Source: Antechinus flavipes (taxonomy: Eukaryota). Taken from it: a DNA stretch of 64,000 nucleotides. Positions within the stretch are counted from its first letter, which is position 1, and each line of letters begins with the position of its first letter. The DNA lies in assembly GCF_016432865.1 (NCBI RefSeq), contig NC_067403.1, positions 262,756,001-262,820,000 on the forward strand, written 5' to 3'. Below are positions 10,443 through 22,580 of the stretch, in pieces. Under the pieces are notes generated by a model. The model worked only from the letters and a program-made list of their open reading frames with translations, was not told the DNA's origin and made no database searches. Position numbers and translations under genes: made by a program.

Positions 10443-13400
10443 CCATTTGACTGTGAGGAAAACTTGCCCTGCCTCAGCAAGACTCCTCCTCCACTCCTAG
10501 CTCCCACACAGCATCCTTGCTGATGACCCAGGACCCAAGATCATCAAGGAACCCTGAGTCTGGGATTTCCTGATCTCCTTTCTTAGCCAGGAAATAGCAG
10601 TGTCATAGGAGCCTTCTCAACCCTCATCCTCCCATCCTTCACAAATTCTTCTACCTACTCTACCAAGGGGTCATCACCCTGCCAAGAACACCCAGCAAAG
10701 GGCTGCCCAACACATTATGCAGACCCGCAGTGCAACCTCTGGTAATCTCCAAAAGATCATCTGTCCTGACCCCAGATGTGGGGCCAGCGCTGGGGATTGC
10801 TGAGCTGCCTCATTCCTGGACTCCCCAAGTCTCTCCTTCTGAAGTGTCTCTTTGCTTTTCTTGGGTACCTTTAACTGAACCTGGAAATCCAGAAAATCAT
10901 TTTCTTTCAATAAAAGCTACTCTTAACCCTGAAAATGTCTTGCTTTCCTTCACAAAACTCTTGGGGTGATCTGCTGCCTGTGCCTTGAGTACTTAGTCAG
11001 CCCTTTTCACAGGCAGATACATTCGGGGCTCTTGGGTTCTTGGCCTGGCACATTGGGTGATCAGGGGACATTGGCGGAGACTTGATCCCTTTGACATATT
11101 TCTCTTGCCTTAAGTCAACACCGAGAGACTTCTCAGGAGGAGGAGCTCAATTCCAAAAGCTCAAGCTTTTAGAACCCATTCTGGGCACAAAGCAGTTGAC
11201 TTTGAGGGAGTTGAGCCTCCATTTTCCAAAGGAAACAGTCAATGTCTAGGGCTTAAGGGGCTGCCCTAATGTCTCCTGCCTGCCCTTCTCCAGTCAGCCT
11301 GGGCTTCACAAGGATGCTGGTAGAGGCATGGCTGCCCCATTCTCCAAATGCTCTTGCTTTCCCTGAGCAGACCCAGCCCCTGGTCAAACACACAAGAGCC
11401 ATGCTCCCTTTATCTTGAACCAGTGTACTTGAGTATGAGCACCTTAGGGAGACCACAGCTTTCTACTGATCTCTACTGAACTGGATCTGTTTACATTCAT
11501 TCAGGTGTTGGCTCTGCATGTGTTGGGAAACTGATTGAGACTCTCTTCCAGGCGACTAATTGCACTGCTCTCCTTTATGTTCTCAAAAAACAAAACAAAA
11601 AACAACAACAGTAATTTAAAAAACCAGAAAAATCTATCATGTTGAGAGAAATGTATATATTGTGAGTTAGACCAAAAAAAAGGACACACAGACACACAGA
11701 AACTGAGAGACAGAGACTGACTGAGAGGCACAGAGAGAGACACACAATTAAATGGGGGTGTGTCTTTCACCAAAGTATTTCCTCCAGAAGATTATTGCTA
11801 TGGTAGTGATAACAAAACCTGGGAGGGATAAGACAAACAGAGAAGTATTGAAAAATTCCAGGAAGGAACTGTCAAAAATCAAGCAGAAATAAAATGGAAA
11901 ACCAAAGGAGCAGCCATTCTTTCATAAATATGCAGTGACCCCTTTTTACAAATTGCAAAAAACAATTCTCTGAACATTTTGCCCATGATCTGGAAAAAAA
12001 GAAAATCTCTTTGCATCAACTATCAGTTGGGAAGAAAAGCACCACCAAGAATATATAGTCATGCAGATGAGAATGTCCTTGGCTAAGAGATCCCACCTGC
12101 TTCTATAGTTTGGTAGAGCACCTAAAAAGGAAAGAAAGAAGGTCTCTCCCCTATGCTTTATCCTGTTACTCAGAAAGGTCTGCACCTACTCAGAGAAGGA
12201 GAGGAGTGTTTCTATCTGGCCCATGCCAATTTTCAGAAAAAAAGTTGCTACTCAAGTGGCTAGAAAGCTGGTATCCCATCTCTCTGAAGAGCAAGAAAAA
12301 CCTTGGAGCTGTAGGCACAAGACGCTTTTGAAGAACACCAAAAGATCACCAGGATCAGGGTTAGATTGAAAGAAGATGGGAGGAGGTGGGAGAGAGGGGG
12401 AGAAGAGGCTATCATGTCTGCAAGAATGGTTCACCTGACAACCTGGTAGTGCACAAAACAGTAGAACAGCAGATGAAGCAAATAGATGAGCAGGGCAAGA
12501 CCTCATTGTATCCAGACCATGGAGCCCCTGGCTTTTCAAGAAGCCCAGTTCATGGAGAAAGGACTGTTCTCATCCCTTTCATGACAAAAGGCTTCAGTGG
12601 ATTGTGGCTGGAGGGATAGAAAGAAACGAGTTAGGTTCCATCTCTTTGGGAAGTTTGCCTTCCAGGTGAGCCTAGGCTTGAATTGATGAGGAGCCAGGGG
12701 GCTTAGCAAGGAGAAGGTGGCCACGGGGTAAGATGGGCCACAATGAGCTTGGGTCAGTGGCCAAAGGTCTTTTTTTGAAGGGTTAGTGGATGCAGATGGT
12801 AAGGCAAAGATGGTGGTCAGGTGAGCCTTGGTGAGGAGATTCAAAAGTGGCAAAGGCAGAGGCAGCTTCTGGGGACAGGAAGGTGGTGCCAAGAGCACAG
12901 CATTTGAGTGAAGAAAGGAGCAAATCTTCCTGGGGATCTTTCCTTTCAAAGGCATATGGGGTCTCACCTGACTGGCTGAGTTAGGGACCTTTGGCTGGGA
13001 AACGAATCCTTTCCAAGCTTCCTATTGGCTGCAGGCCCTGTTCTCAATCCTGACCAGTCCAAGATGGAAAGCTCAACCTGGCAGGGCCAAAGCAGCACAA
13101 GGAACATAGAGAGGAGCTTTCCAGCCAGGGGAGAGATGCAAGAATCCAGTCACTAAGTACTATGGGACCAGGTATCAATATGCATCATAAAGTGCTAAGT
13201 ATCCAAACAATCTCTTCATCCCTAGGAGCCAAAGAGGAGCACTAGGGCAAAGGAAGAGACTGGGGACATAGGACACTAGGAACAGTATGATTTGCTAAAC
13301 ACAAAGACACAAGCTTTGGGGACAAAACACATCCTTTGAGAAAAACTGCTAGGAAACATGGAAAACAGGAAGGAAGAATGAAAGTGTAGACCAACCTCTC

Positions 13401-14599
13401 ACACCACATGACAAGAGAAGATCCATACATCATTTACACCTAAAAGATGATATCTCCAATAAATGCTTGAACTGGGGTAGGGAGATTATTTACTACCCAA
13501 CAGGATTCAGGGAGCATGCTGAAATGCAATAGGGGACATTCTGATTAGGTGACATTCAAAGAAATTTGCCCAAAAGTGGAGGTGGGGCTAGGCCTATGGC
13601 TCAGCCCCTATTTCTCCAATAGACAGAGAAATGGGTCAAAGGGATGATAATTTGGACTTCCGGTGCGGAGCCAAGATGGCGGAGCAGGCACACACAACTC
13701 TCTAAGCTCCTCTCATTCCCCTCATAACCAACTACTTAATCCAGCCTCAAAAATAGCTCTTCACTGCTTAAATTCATGAAGATGAGAAGCACTACAACTT
13801 ACCAGCCGAAGTCAATCCGGAAGCTCGCCAGGAAAGGTTTGTCCTGTGGGGCCAGGAACAGACTAGCACAGGTAGTGAGAGACTAGTGTCCTGAGCAGAC
13901 CAGGGGCGGGGGTGATCTCTGTGGCTAGAGAAGTTATAGAGACGACTCTGCTATAGGCTAACTGCTCTGCCTTGATTACAGAGCAGTAAACTGGCAGAGA
14001 AATTAAAGCCTAAAACAGAGGGAACTCTAAAAAACGCCAGAACCTAACGAGATCTGGCTGTAACCCCTCAAACCTGGAAGTGACTTAGGCAGACTGTAAG
14101 GCAGCCCTGCAGCCACGTCCTGCAGTTCGGGGCTTTTGCGAGGGCAGTTACAAATCTGCACGGCAAGGAGGCACAGCCTGGGCAGCCTCTAATCGGCAGA
14201 GTGGGGGGCTCAACCTGGGGCAATAGAACTTCCCCAGCTGACTGTGCTTCGGGGCAGACACTTCCAGTCCCAGCAAATCCATTCACTGCTCAGCTGCTAA
14301 TACCCACAGTCCCAGGGCGGGATTTGGCTTGGGAAGTAAAACTCTCACTGCTCAGTGTCTAGCCCCAGGGCAGTCGTTATCTCACACAGCGGGGGTTCTT
14401 TGCAGGGCACTTTCCCAGCTCTGCCCTGCAGGCCTGAGTTACTCCGGGGTGGGGAACTCTTTCCCAGAGCACTCCAGTACCTCGCTGCTTTTTGGAGCCG
14501 GCTGGCAGGACAGCTACCCATCCATATACCTTTCACTGCTCTGCAGAGGAAGCTGGTAATCTCCTGGCCCTGAAGGCAGACCTTACAGTCTTTAACAAA

Positions 14600-15693
14600 A
14601 TGAGTAAAAAAAATCAAAAGAACGATTGATAGTTTCTATACAGAAAAAGAACAGCTTTTCAACCCTGAAGAGACTAATAGCAGACAGTCTCCAGACAATT
14701 GGTCTCCAATACAAAAGGCTCTCCTAGAAGAGACTATTAAAAACCTTAAAAGAGAGCTAGAAGAGAAATGGGGAAAGGAAAGAGAAGCTATGCAAGAGAG
14801 CAACAACTTCCTGAAATGTGAATTGGAAAAGATAAAAAACTCCCAAGAAGTGCAGGGAAACAGAATTTGCGAATTGGAAAAAGAAAATAACTCACTAAAA
14901 AAAAAAAAAAAATTAGTGAAATGGAAAAAAATTCCATAGAGCAAAACAACTCAATTGGACATATACAAAAAGAAGTAAAAAAAGCTAATGAAGAAAATAA
15001 CTCATTAAAAATCAGAACTGAACAAATAGAAATGACTGATTCATTGAGACATCAAGAATCAGTCCAGCAAAACCAAAAAAAATGAAAGATCGGGGAAAAA
15101 TGTCAAAGATTTACTTGGAAAAACAACAGACCTGGAAAATAGATCTAGGAGAGATAACCTGAGGATCATCGGACTACTAGAAAATTATGACGAAAAAAAG
15201 AGCCTAGATACTATTTTACAGGAAATCATCAAAGAGAACTGCCCAGAAGTAATAGAACCGGAATGGAAAATAGGCATTGAAAGAATTCATCAAACACCTT
15301 CTGAAAAAGACCCTAAAATAAAGACTCCGAGGAATATTGTGGCCAAACTTCAGAATTTTCAGACTAAAGAAAAAATTTTACAAGCAGCCAGGAAAAAACA
15401 GTTCAAATACCGAGATGCCACAATAAGGGCTGCCTCAGCATTAAAGGATCGAAGGGCCTGGAATCAGATATTCTGAAAGGCAAAAGAACTTGGAATGCAG
15501 CCAAGAATAAACTACCCAGCTAAGCTGAGTATTTTTTTTCCACGGAAGAAGATGGACATTTAGTGAAACCGAGGAATTTCATCTGTTTCTAAGGAAAAAA
15601 CCAGACTTAAACAAAAAATTTGATCTCCAACAACAGGAATCAAGAGAAGTAGAAAAAGGAGAAACTAGACAACATAGTAAAGTAAGAGAATAG
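14600..15693 (+). pseudogene. Disrupted L1 ORF1p (coiled coil, RRM, CTD)
   Basis: Hand translation gives DLENRSRRDNLRIIGL (15129-15176), IERIHQ, PRNIVAK and PRINYPAKLS motifs typical of L1 ORF1p. Frameshifts occur in A-runs and there is an in-frame TGA at 15474. Confidence 0.88.
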
Positions 15694-15938
15694 AGTTCAA
15701 CACAACTCCTCCTACAAGTACTTCAACAAAGATGAGAAACTGAAGGATACACTGCAAGACTCAAGTGTTTCATTCAAGTCCTCTATCTTCAGAGTCGATG
15801 TTCTTTTTACTTGCCATTGTGCTTCCCATGGTCAGGCACACTGTAACATGCCCTTGACTCCTGTGTCTCCAAATGCTGTATTTGGAGTGACCAAATAAAT
15901 GTCTCCTCCCCAACCCACTCACAAAAAAAAAAAAAAAA

Positions 15939-16137
15939 GATGGAGCACAGGACCTGGAGTCAAGAAGAACTGAATTCAAATCTAGCCTCACATCCTGCCT
16001 AGCCCTGGACAAGTCATTTTACCTCCGACTATCTGACAAAATGGATCCACTGGATCCACTAGGGAAGATCTCTGTCAAGAAAAGGCCAAATGGGGACAAC
16101 AAGGGCTGGACATGGCTGTCACAATTGAGCAACAACC
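15939..16137 (+). mobile_element. CORE-SINE with RTE-like tail (MAR1-type), inside the transduced segment
   Basis: GACCTGGAGTCAAGAAGAACTGAATTCAAATCTAGCC head and CAAGAAAAGGCCAAATGGGG...CAACAAC tail. Confidence 0.7.
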
Positions 16138-16189
16138 AGAGAGAAGTTTTCCTGATGCCAGGCCCAGCCTTCTAGCCACTGTGCCACCC

Positions 16190-16410
16190 AAAATGCCCTT
16201 ATTAATATGCCTATTAGCAACCTTTGTGTTATATATGTTTATTTTAATATGTGCCTATTAACACTTTTGTGTTATATATTATGTGTTAATTTTAATATGT
16301 GCCTATTAACAATCTTTGTGTTATATGTTATATATTAATTTTAATGTGTGCCTATTAACAATTTTGTATTATCTTAATTTTTAACATATACCTATTACAA
16401 TTTTTTGTTT
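16190..16410. repeat. AT-rich minisatellite (about 40-bp unit TTAATATGTGCCTATTAACA..TTTGTGTTATAT, about 5 copies)
   Basis: The CCTATTA core recurs at about 40-bp intervals. Confidence 0.8.
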
Positions 16411-16971
16411 TATTAAAAAAATTCATATGATCAAAAAAAAAAAAAAGGGATGATAATTCTAGCTATTCTCCAACTGACCAATGGTCAAACAACAGGAAGA
16501 AGCTATTTTGAGACAAAAAAAACAAAAAAAGTTCTAATCTTACATCAAAATACTCTAAATCAGCCTAGATCAGAGAAATGCAAGTTAAATACTTTGGAGC
16601 TCCCATCTCAGACCCATCAGATTGGTCCTTGGGAAGAAAAAAGGAAAACAATAGCTTTTGGAGGACCTCTGCAAAAATTGGGATATGGATGCACTCTGAG
16701 TAAAGCTGTGCATTGATCCACACATTTGGGAAAACCATTTAAAACTATGCCCAAGGGCCAGGACACTCAGAATACATTTTGAGGTAGCAGAACCATGATT
16801 TGGTCTATATTCCAAAGAGATTTCAGAAAGAACCTCTCAGTACTCAATGTTTGTAGGAGCTGTTTGTGGCATGGCTCAGAATGAGCAATGAAGGGAATGC
16901 ACCTCGTTGGGGACCAGCTCAACAAGCGGTGCCATTCCATTAGGGGGAACTCTCAGTGTGCTCTAAGACAT

Positions 16972-18091
16972 TCAAAGGATATGAACAGACAATTTTCAGA
17001 TGATGAAATTGAAACTATTTCCACTCATATGAAAGAGTGTTCCAAATCACTATTGATCAGAGAAATGCAAATTAAGACAATTCTGAGATACCACTACACA
17101 CCTGTCAGATTGGCTAAGATGACAGGAAAAAATAATGTTGTATGTTGGAGGGGATGCAGGAAAACTGGGATACTGATGCATTGTTGGTGGAGTTGTGAAC
17201 GAATCCAACCATTCTGGAGAGCAATCTGGAATTATGTCCAAAAAGTTATCAAACTGTGCATACTCTTTGATCCAGCAGTGCTACTATTGGGTTTATACCC
17301 CAAAGAGATACCTTTTCAAGAAGAGAAAGGGACCTGTATGTGCCAAAATGTTTGTGGCAGCCCTGTTCGTAGTGGCTAGAAGCTGGAAAATGAATGGATA
17401 CCCATCAATTGGAGAATGGCTGGGTAAATTGTGGCATATGAATGTTATGGAATATTATTGTTCTGTAAGGAATGACCAGCGGGATAAATACAGAGAGGCT
17501 TGGAGAGACTTACATGAACTCATGCTAAGTGAAATGAGCAGAACCAGGAGATCATTATACACTTCAACAACGATACTGTATGAGGATGTATTCTGATGGA
17601 AGTGGAATTCTTCGACAAAGAGACCTAACTCAGTTTCAATTGATCAATGATGGACAGAAGCAGCTACACTGGGAAATGAACGTAAACTATTTGCATTTTT
17701 GTTTTTCTTCCTGGGTTATTTTTACCTTCTGAATCCAATTCTCCCTGTGCAACAAAAGAAGTGTTCAGTTCTGCAAACATATATTGTATCTAGGATATAC
17801 TGCAACATATTTAACATATATAAGACTGCTTGCCATCTAGGGGAAGGGGTGGAGGGAGGGAGGGGAAAAAATCAGAACAGAAGCAAGTGCAAGGGATAAT
17901 GTTGTAAAAAAAAATTACCCTGGCATGAGTTCTGTCAATAAAAAGTTATTATAAAATTTTAAAAAAAGAATAAAAGAAATGTGTTTTTCAAGCAAAAAAA
18001 AAGTTTTAAAGTTTGAAACACAGTTTTGCAGGGATGAATGTTGAGAGCTATCTATGCATGTATTTAAAAAATAAAAAGCTAAAAAAAACTA
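16972..18091 (+). mobile_element. 5'-truncated young L1 (ORF2 C-terminus and 3'UTR) plus about 110 bp of extra 3' sequence
   Basis: ORF track shows L1 ORF2 C-terminal peptides (KDMNRQFS, LLIREMQIKT, HCWW). AATAAA at 17937. TSD AAGACAT at 16965-16971 and 18092-18098. The empty site CTAAGACATAATC is seen in unit 1. Confidence 0.88.
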
Positions 18092-19775
18092 AAGACATAA
18101 CCAGCAGGATGATTTCAGAACAACCTGGAAACATGGACAACAACTGATGCAAAGACACAGGCCCAGCATCAGAGAACATTTTCAACAGTAACAGCTGAAC
18201 TGTGGTTTGAACAACTGGAAATGACTTCCCTGATCTCAGCAATCCAGTGATTTTAGAGAATCCCAAAGAACTCATGATGTAGCAGACTCTCTACCACCAG
18301 TGAAAATTCCAGACATCAGAATAATGACCAAAGCATTTGATTGGAACCTCTCTCCCTCCCTCTGTTCTTTCCTTCGTTCCTCCTTTTCTTCTCCTTTTTC
18401 TTTCCTTCCTTTATGCTTCCTTTTTTTGCCTTCTNNNNNNNNNNNNNNNNNNNNNNNNNNNNNNNNNNNNNNNNNNNNNNNNNNNNNNNNNNNNNNNNNN
18501 NNNNNNNNNNNNNNNNNNNNNNNNNNNNNNNNNNNNNNNNNNNNNNNNNNNNNNNNNNNNNNNNNNNNNNNNNNNNNNNNNNNNNNNNNNNNNNNNNNNN
18601 NNNNNNNNNNNNNNNNNNNNCTATGCTTCCTTTTTTCTTGCCTTCTTTCTCTCATTCATCCTCTTTCCTTCTTTCTATCTTTTTTTATTTTTCTCTATCC
18701 TTCTTTGTTGTTCAAGGATTTTTTCCCACACAATTATGGATATTGAAACGTGTTGTATATTTTACGTGTGCTTATGCTACAGCAAACTCTGTTCCTTGTC
18801 TGTGAGGTCAGAGAGAAATAACGGCGGAAGAGACTTAGGAACTCAAAACTTCAAGCAGGAAACGTGAGGCATGGTTTTACGTGTAATTGAGGGAAAACCA
18901 ATATTATTTTACAAATAGCCACAGTGAATACCATCCTTTGCCAGCCCCCTGGTTAGGACCAGGGGACACCAGGGTCCTTAGTGGGTGAGTTCCTGGTCTT
19001 CAAGGCTCTGCCCATTTTTTCTTTATCCAAGCATAAAATCCTCTCCATCCCTGCAGGTTTTTCCCCATAAAAGGCCCTGGTGAGCCCTTCTTCCCTGCCT
19101 TTCCCCAACCTTCATGAGTGCCAAGAATCAAGGACACAATCCTTAGCATATTTGCTCCTGATTCCACCAGAGGTGCAGCCACCTGACATCTGACCCCTGA
19201 CCCTCAATCCCTGACCAATTTCCCCCTCCTGCTTTGCTCTTTTGCCGGGAATGGAGCAGGCCAGGATTCATCTTCCCACAGGAAGGCAGCTTATAGATGG
19301 ACTCCCAGGAAACTGTCTCCTCTGGCCTTGGTCCCCTCAGGAGGCTGCTCCCCAGCCCAGTTCCTTCATCTCTGCTGGATCAAGCACTCTGCCTAGCTGG
19401 CCATTTGGGCTGGGCCTCCTTCTCCCTCCCTCCCCTCTCTAGGCATCCATTCCCTGATCCCCTCTCACCTGACACAGCACAGGACCATGGTCCCTGGAGC
19501 CCTCCTGTGGTCTTGCTCCCTTCATCCTTGGGTCATGGCTCCTTTGCCTTGTCTGCAACAGCTTTCTCAGCTTTGCCTTGGGCCTGACTCCTCCCTCAGC
19601 CTGTTGCCTTGGGCACGGCCATGGGGCTCAGGAACCCACCACCTTTTGCCAGGCACGTGCCTGTTGGCACCTGTTCCCAGATCTCCAGGAAGCTCCTGCT
19701 TCTTCCCTGGCTCTCGCCATCTTGTCAGCTGGGGCTGATGTCGGGGAGCCTGGAGGCTCCTGCCCTGAGCTCTCA

Positions 19776-19812
19776 GAGTGTGTGTGTGTGTGAGTGTGAG
19801 TGTGTGAGTGAG
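19776..19812. repeat. (TG)n/TGAG microsatellite private to the gene 3 promoter
   Basis: Replaces the short CCCC motif found at the homologous position of the other four promoters. Confidence 0.85.
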
Positions 19813-19845
19813 GTCCCTGTGACCAGAAAGAAACAAGTCCATTTG

Positions 19846-20055
19846 CCAATCCAGGCGCCTGGTGCTTCCAGGTGAGTCATGGCCACAAGGCCTGCTTCCA
19901 AACAAACCAAAGGCTGACCCTGTAGCAGCTGGAGGCCAGTGTCCAATAACAGCTCAGGGAGCCAGGGGGCCTGCGCCTGCTTCTGCAGGGTGTCTGCCAG
20001 AGGGGCTGTGGGCACGTGCCCAGGCCTGCCCCCGGGGCTGCACCACAGTATAAAA
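19846..20055 (+). promoter_or_regulatory. KRTAP5 gene 3 promoter: CCAAT, TGAGTCA 19873, TATAAAA 20049
   Basis: Motifs read directly. Confidence 0.8.
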
Positions 20056-20153
20056 GCTGGGAGCTGAGAGGGGCTTCCACAACCCACTGACTCCTCTCTC
20101 TCTTGAGACCTTCCTCCCCTGTGGACACCAATCTCTTTCAATCTCTCAGCATC

Positions 20154-20828
20154 ATGAGCTGCTGTGGNNNNNNNNNNNNNNNNNNNNNNNNNNNNNNNNN
20201 NNNNNNNNNNNNNNNNNNNNNNNNNNNNNNNNNNNNNNNNNNNNNNNNNNNNNNNNNNNNNNNNNNNNNNNNNNNNNNNNNNNNNNNNNNNNNNNNNNGC
20301 TGTGGTGGAGGCTGCAAGGGAGGCTGTGGCTCCAGCTGTGGAGGCTGCAAGGGAGGCTGTGGCTCCAGCTGTGGAGGCTGCAAGGGAGGCTGTGGCTCCA
20401 GCTGTGGGGGCTGCAAGGGAGGTTGTGGCTCCAGCTGTGGGGGCTGCAAGGGAGGCTGTGGTTCCAGCTGTGGGGGCTGCAAGGGAGGCTGTGGCTCCAG
20501 CTGTGGGGGCTGCAAGGGAGGCTGTGGCTCCAGCTGTGGGGGCTGCTGTCAGTCCAGCTGCTGCAAGCCTGTCTGCTGTTGTGTGCCTGCTTGCTGCTGC
20601 TCCAGCTGTGGTGGAGNNNNNNNNNNNNNNNNNNNNNNNNNNNNNNNNNNNNNNNNNNNNNNNNNNNNNNNNNNNNNNNNNNNNNNNNNNNNNNNNNNNN
20701 NNNNNNNNNNNNNNNNNNNNNNNNNNNNNNNNNNNNNNNNNNNNNNNNNNNNNNNNNNNNNNNNNNNNNNNNNNNNNNNNNNNNNNNNNNNCTGCTGTGC
20801 ACCCATTTGCTGCCAGTGTAAGATCTGA
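20154..20828 (+). CDS. KRTAP5: KRTAP5-family gene 3 (type B, 7 [11 protein letters not shown] repeats, ends [11 protein letters not shown])
   Basis: ATG 20154, TGA 20826-20828, TATA 20049, AATAAA 21338. Two internal N-runs (20168-20298, 20617-20791). Confidence 0.85.
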   Translation: MSCCXXXXXXXXXXXXXXXXXXXXXXXXXXXXXXXXXXXXXXXXXXXXXCGGGCKGGCGSSCGGCKGGCGSSCGGCKGGCGSSCGGCKGGCGSSCGGCKGGCGSSCGGCKGGCGSSCGGCKGGCGSSCGGCCQSSCCKPVCCCVPACCCSSCGGXXXXXXXXXXXXXXXXXXXXXXXXXXXXXXXXXXXXXXXXXXXXXXXXXXXXXXXXXXXCCAPICCQCKI

Positions 20829-22580
20829 GGCTCACTTCATCCATTCCCCATTTGACTGTGAGGAAAACTTGCCCTGCCTCAGCAAGACTTCTCCTCCACT
20901 CCCATCTCCCACCCACAGCTCTTGTCTCAGCATCCTTGCTGATGACCCAGGACCCAGCACCATCAGGGAACCCTGAGTCTGGGATTTCCTGATCTCTTTA
21001 CTTATCCTTACAACAGCCCTTCCAGAGGAACCCTCTTTATCCCCTTCTCCCCATCCTTCCCAGGCTCTCCAACTTCCCCGGTCAAGGGGACATCACCCTG
21101 CCAAGAACAACCGGCAAAGGGCTGCCCAGCAAACCATGCAGACCCCCAGGGGAACCTCTGGTCATCTCCAAGGATCATCTGCCCTTCTCCCAGATGTGAG
21201 GCCATCACTGGGGATTGCTGCACTGCCTCCCAACAGCCTTCATTCCTGGATTCCCCAACTCTCTCCTCCAAAGGGTCTCTTTGCTTATCTTGGGCTCCTT
21301 TGGCTGTCCCTGGAAACCAGGGAAACAATTTTGTTTCAATAAAAGCTACCCTTAACCCTGAAAATGTTTTGCTTTCCTTCATAAATCTCTTAGGGTGATC
21401 TGCTACCAGGCCCCTGAGCACTTAGTCAGCCCTTTTCATAGGCAGGTACATTTGGGGTTCTTGGGATCTTGGTCTGGCCCATTGGGAGATCAGCATACAT
21501 TGACCTAGAACTGGTTCCTTTGCCACATTCCTCTTGCCTTCGATCAACACTGAGTGACTTCTCCAGGGGATGAGCTCAATTCCAAGTGCTCAAGCTTTTA
21601 GAGCCCATTCTGAGTACACAGCACTTGGCTTCGAGGAAGTTGGGCCTCCATTTTCCAAGGGAAACACTCAATGTCTAGGGCTTAAGGCTCCTGCCTGCCC
21701 TTCTCCAGTCAGCTTGGGCTTCAGAAGGATGCATGTAGAAGAATGACTGCCCATTCTCCAGCTGACTCCAAATGCTCTTGCATTCCCTAAGCAGACCCAG
21801 CCCCTGGCCAACCACACAGAAGCCATGCTCCCTAAATGTGTAAGCAGTGCACTTGAGTATTAGCACCTCTGGGAGGCCTGTGCTTTCTACTGATCTCTGC
21901 TGAATTGGATCTGCTTACATCCATTCGGGTGTTGGCTCTCCATGTGTTGGGGAACAGTCTTACTCAGACTCTCTTCCAGGGGTTTAATTGCGCTGATCTT
22001 AGAAAACAGGCCTACCTAACATGATTCTGGGAAATGCACATATTGTGAGTTAGAGAAGAAAAGGACACACAGAAACTGAGAGACAGAAACTGACACAGAG
22101 GGACAGAGAGAGACACAGAGTTAGTTAGGGGTTTGCATTTCTCCAAATTATTTTATCAAGAAGATGATTGTTATGGTAGTGATAACAAAACTTGAAAGGG
22201 ATAAGACAGAAAAGTATCAAATACCTCCAGGAAGGAACCATCAAAAATAAAGCAAAAATAAAATGAAAGCCATAAGAAGCAGCCATTCTGTCATAAATAT
22301 GCATTGGCTCCTGTTTATAGAATACAAAAACAGTTCTCTGAACATTTTGTGCAAGATCTGGAATGATAGAAAATCTCTTTGCATCAACTATCAGTTGGAA
22401 AGAGAAGCACCACCGAAAATATATGGTTATACAGAGGAGAATGGCCGTGGCTAAGAGAGCGCACCTGCTTCTAAAGTTAGTTGGAGCCCCAAAAAGAGAG
22501 GAAAGAAAGCTCTTTTCTAGAATGTTTTCAACAGCACCCACCTGAGACCAAGTGCCAGCACCACTGGGAATGGGGAAAGA

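Larger units (their letters stand above)
13653..16443 (+). mobile_element. 2.8-kb TSD-flanked ORF1-only L1-derived retroelement (HAL1-like chimera) with 3' non-L1 cargo
   Basis: 15-bp TSD AAAGGGATGATAATT at 13638-13652 and 16444-16458. L1-type 5' start GGAGCCAAGATGGCGGAG, ORF1, no ORF2. AATAAA plus A16 at 15894-15938; ATTAAA plus A-tail at 16412-16446. Empty paralogous site at 31854-31905. Confidence 0.85.

Noticed and set aside
12100-13500. Spacer ORFs repeated in units 2 and 4, suspected ancient retroviral internal sequence
   Set aside because: I could not find a convincing gag or pol motif by eye; left unannotated pending tBLASTn.
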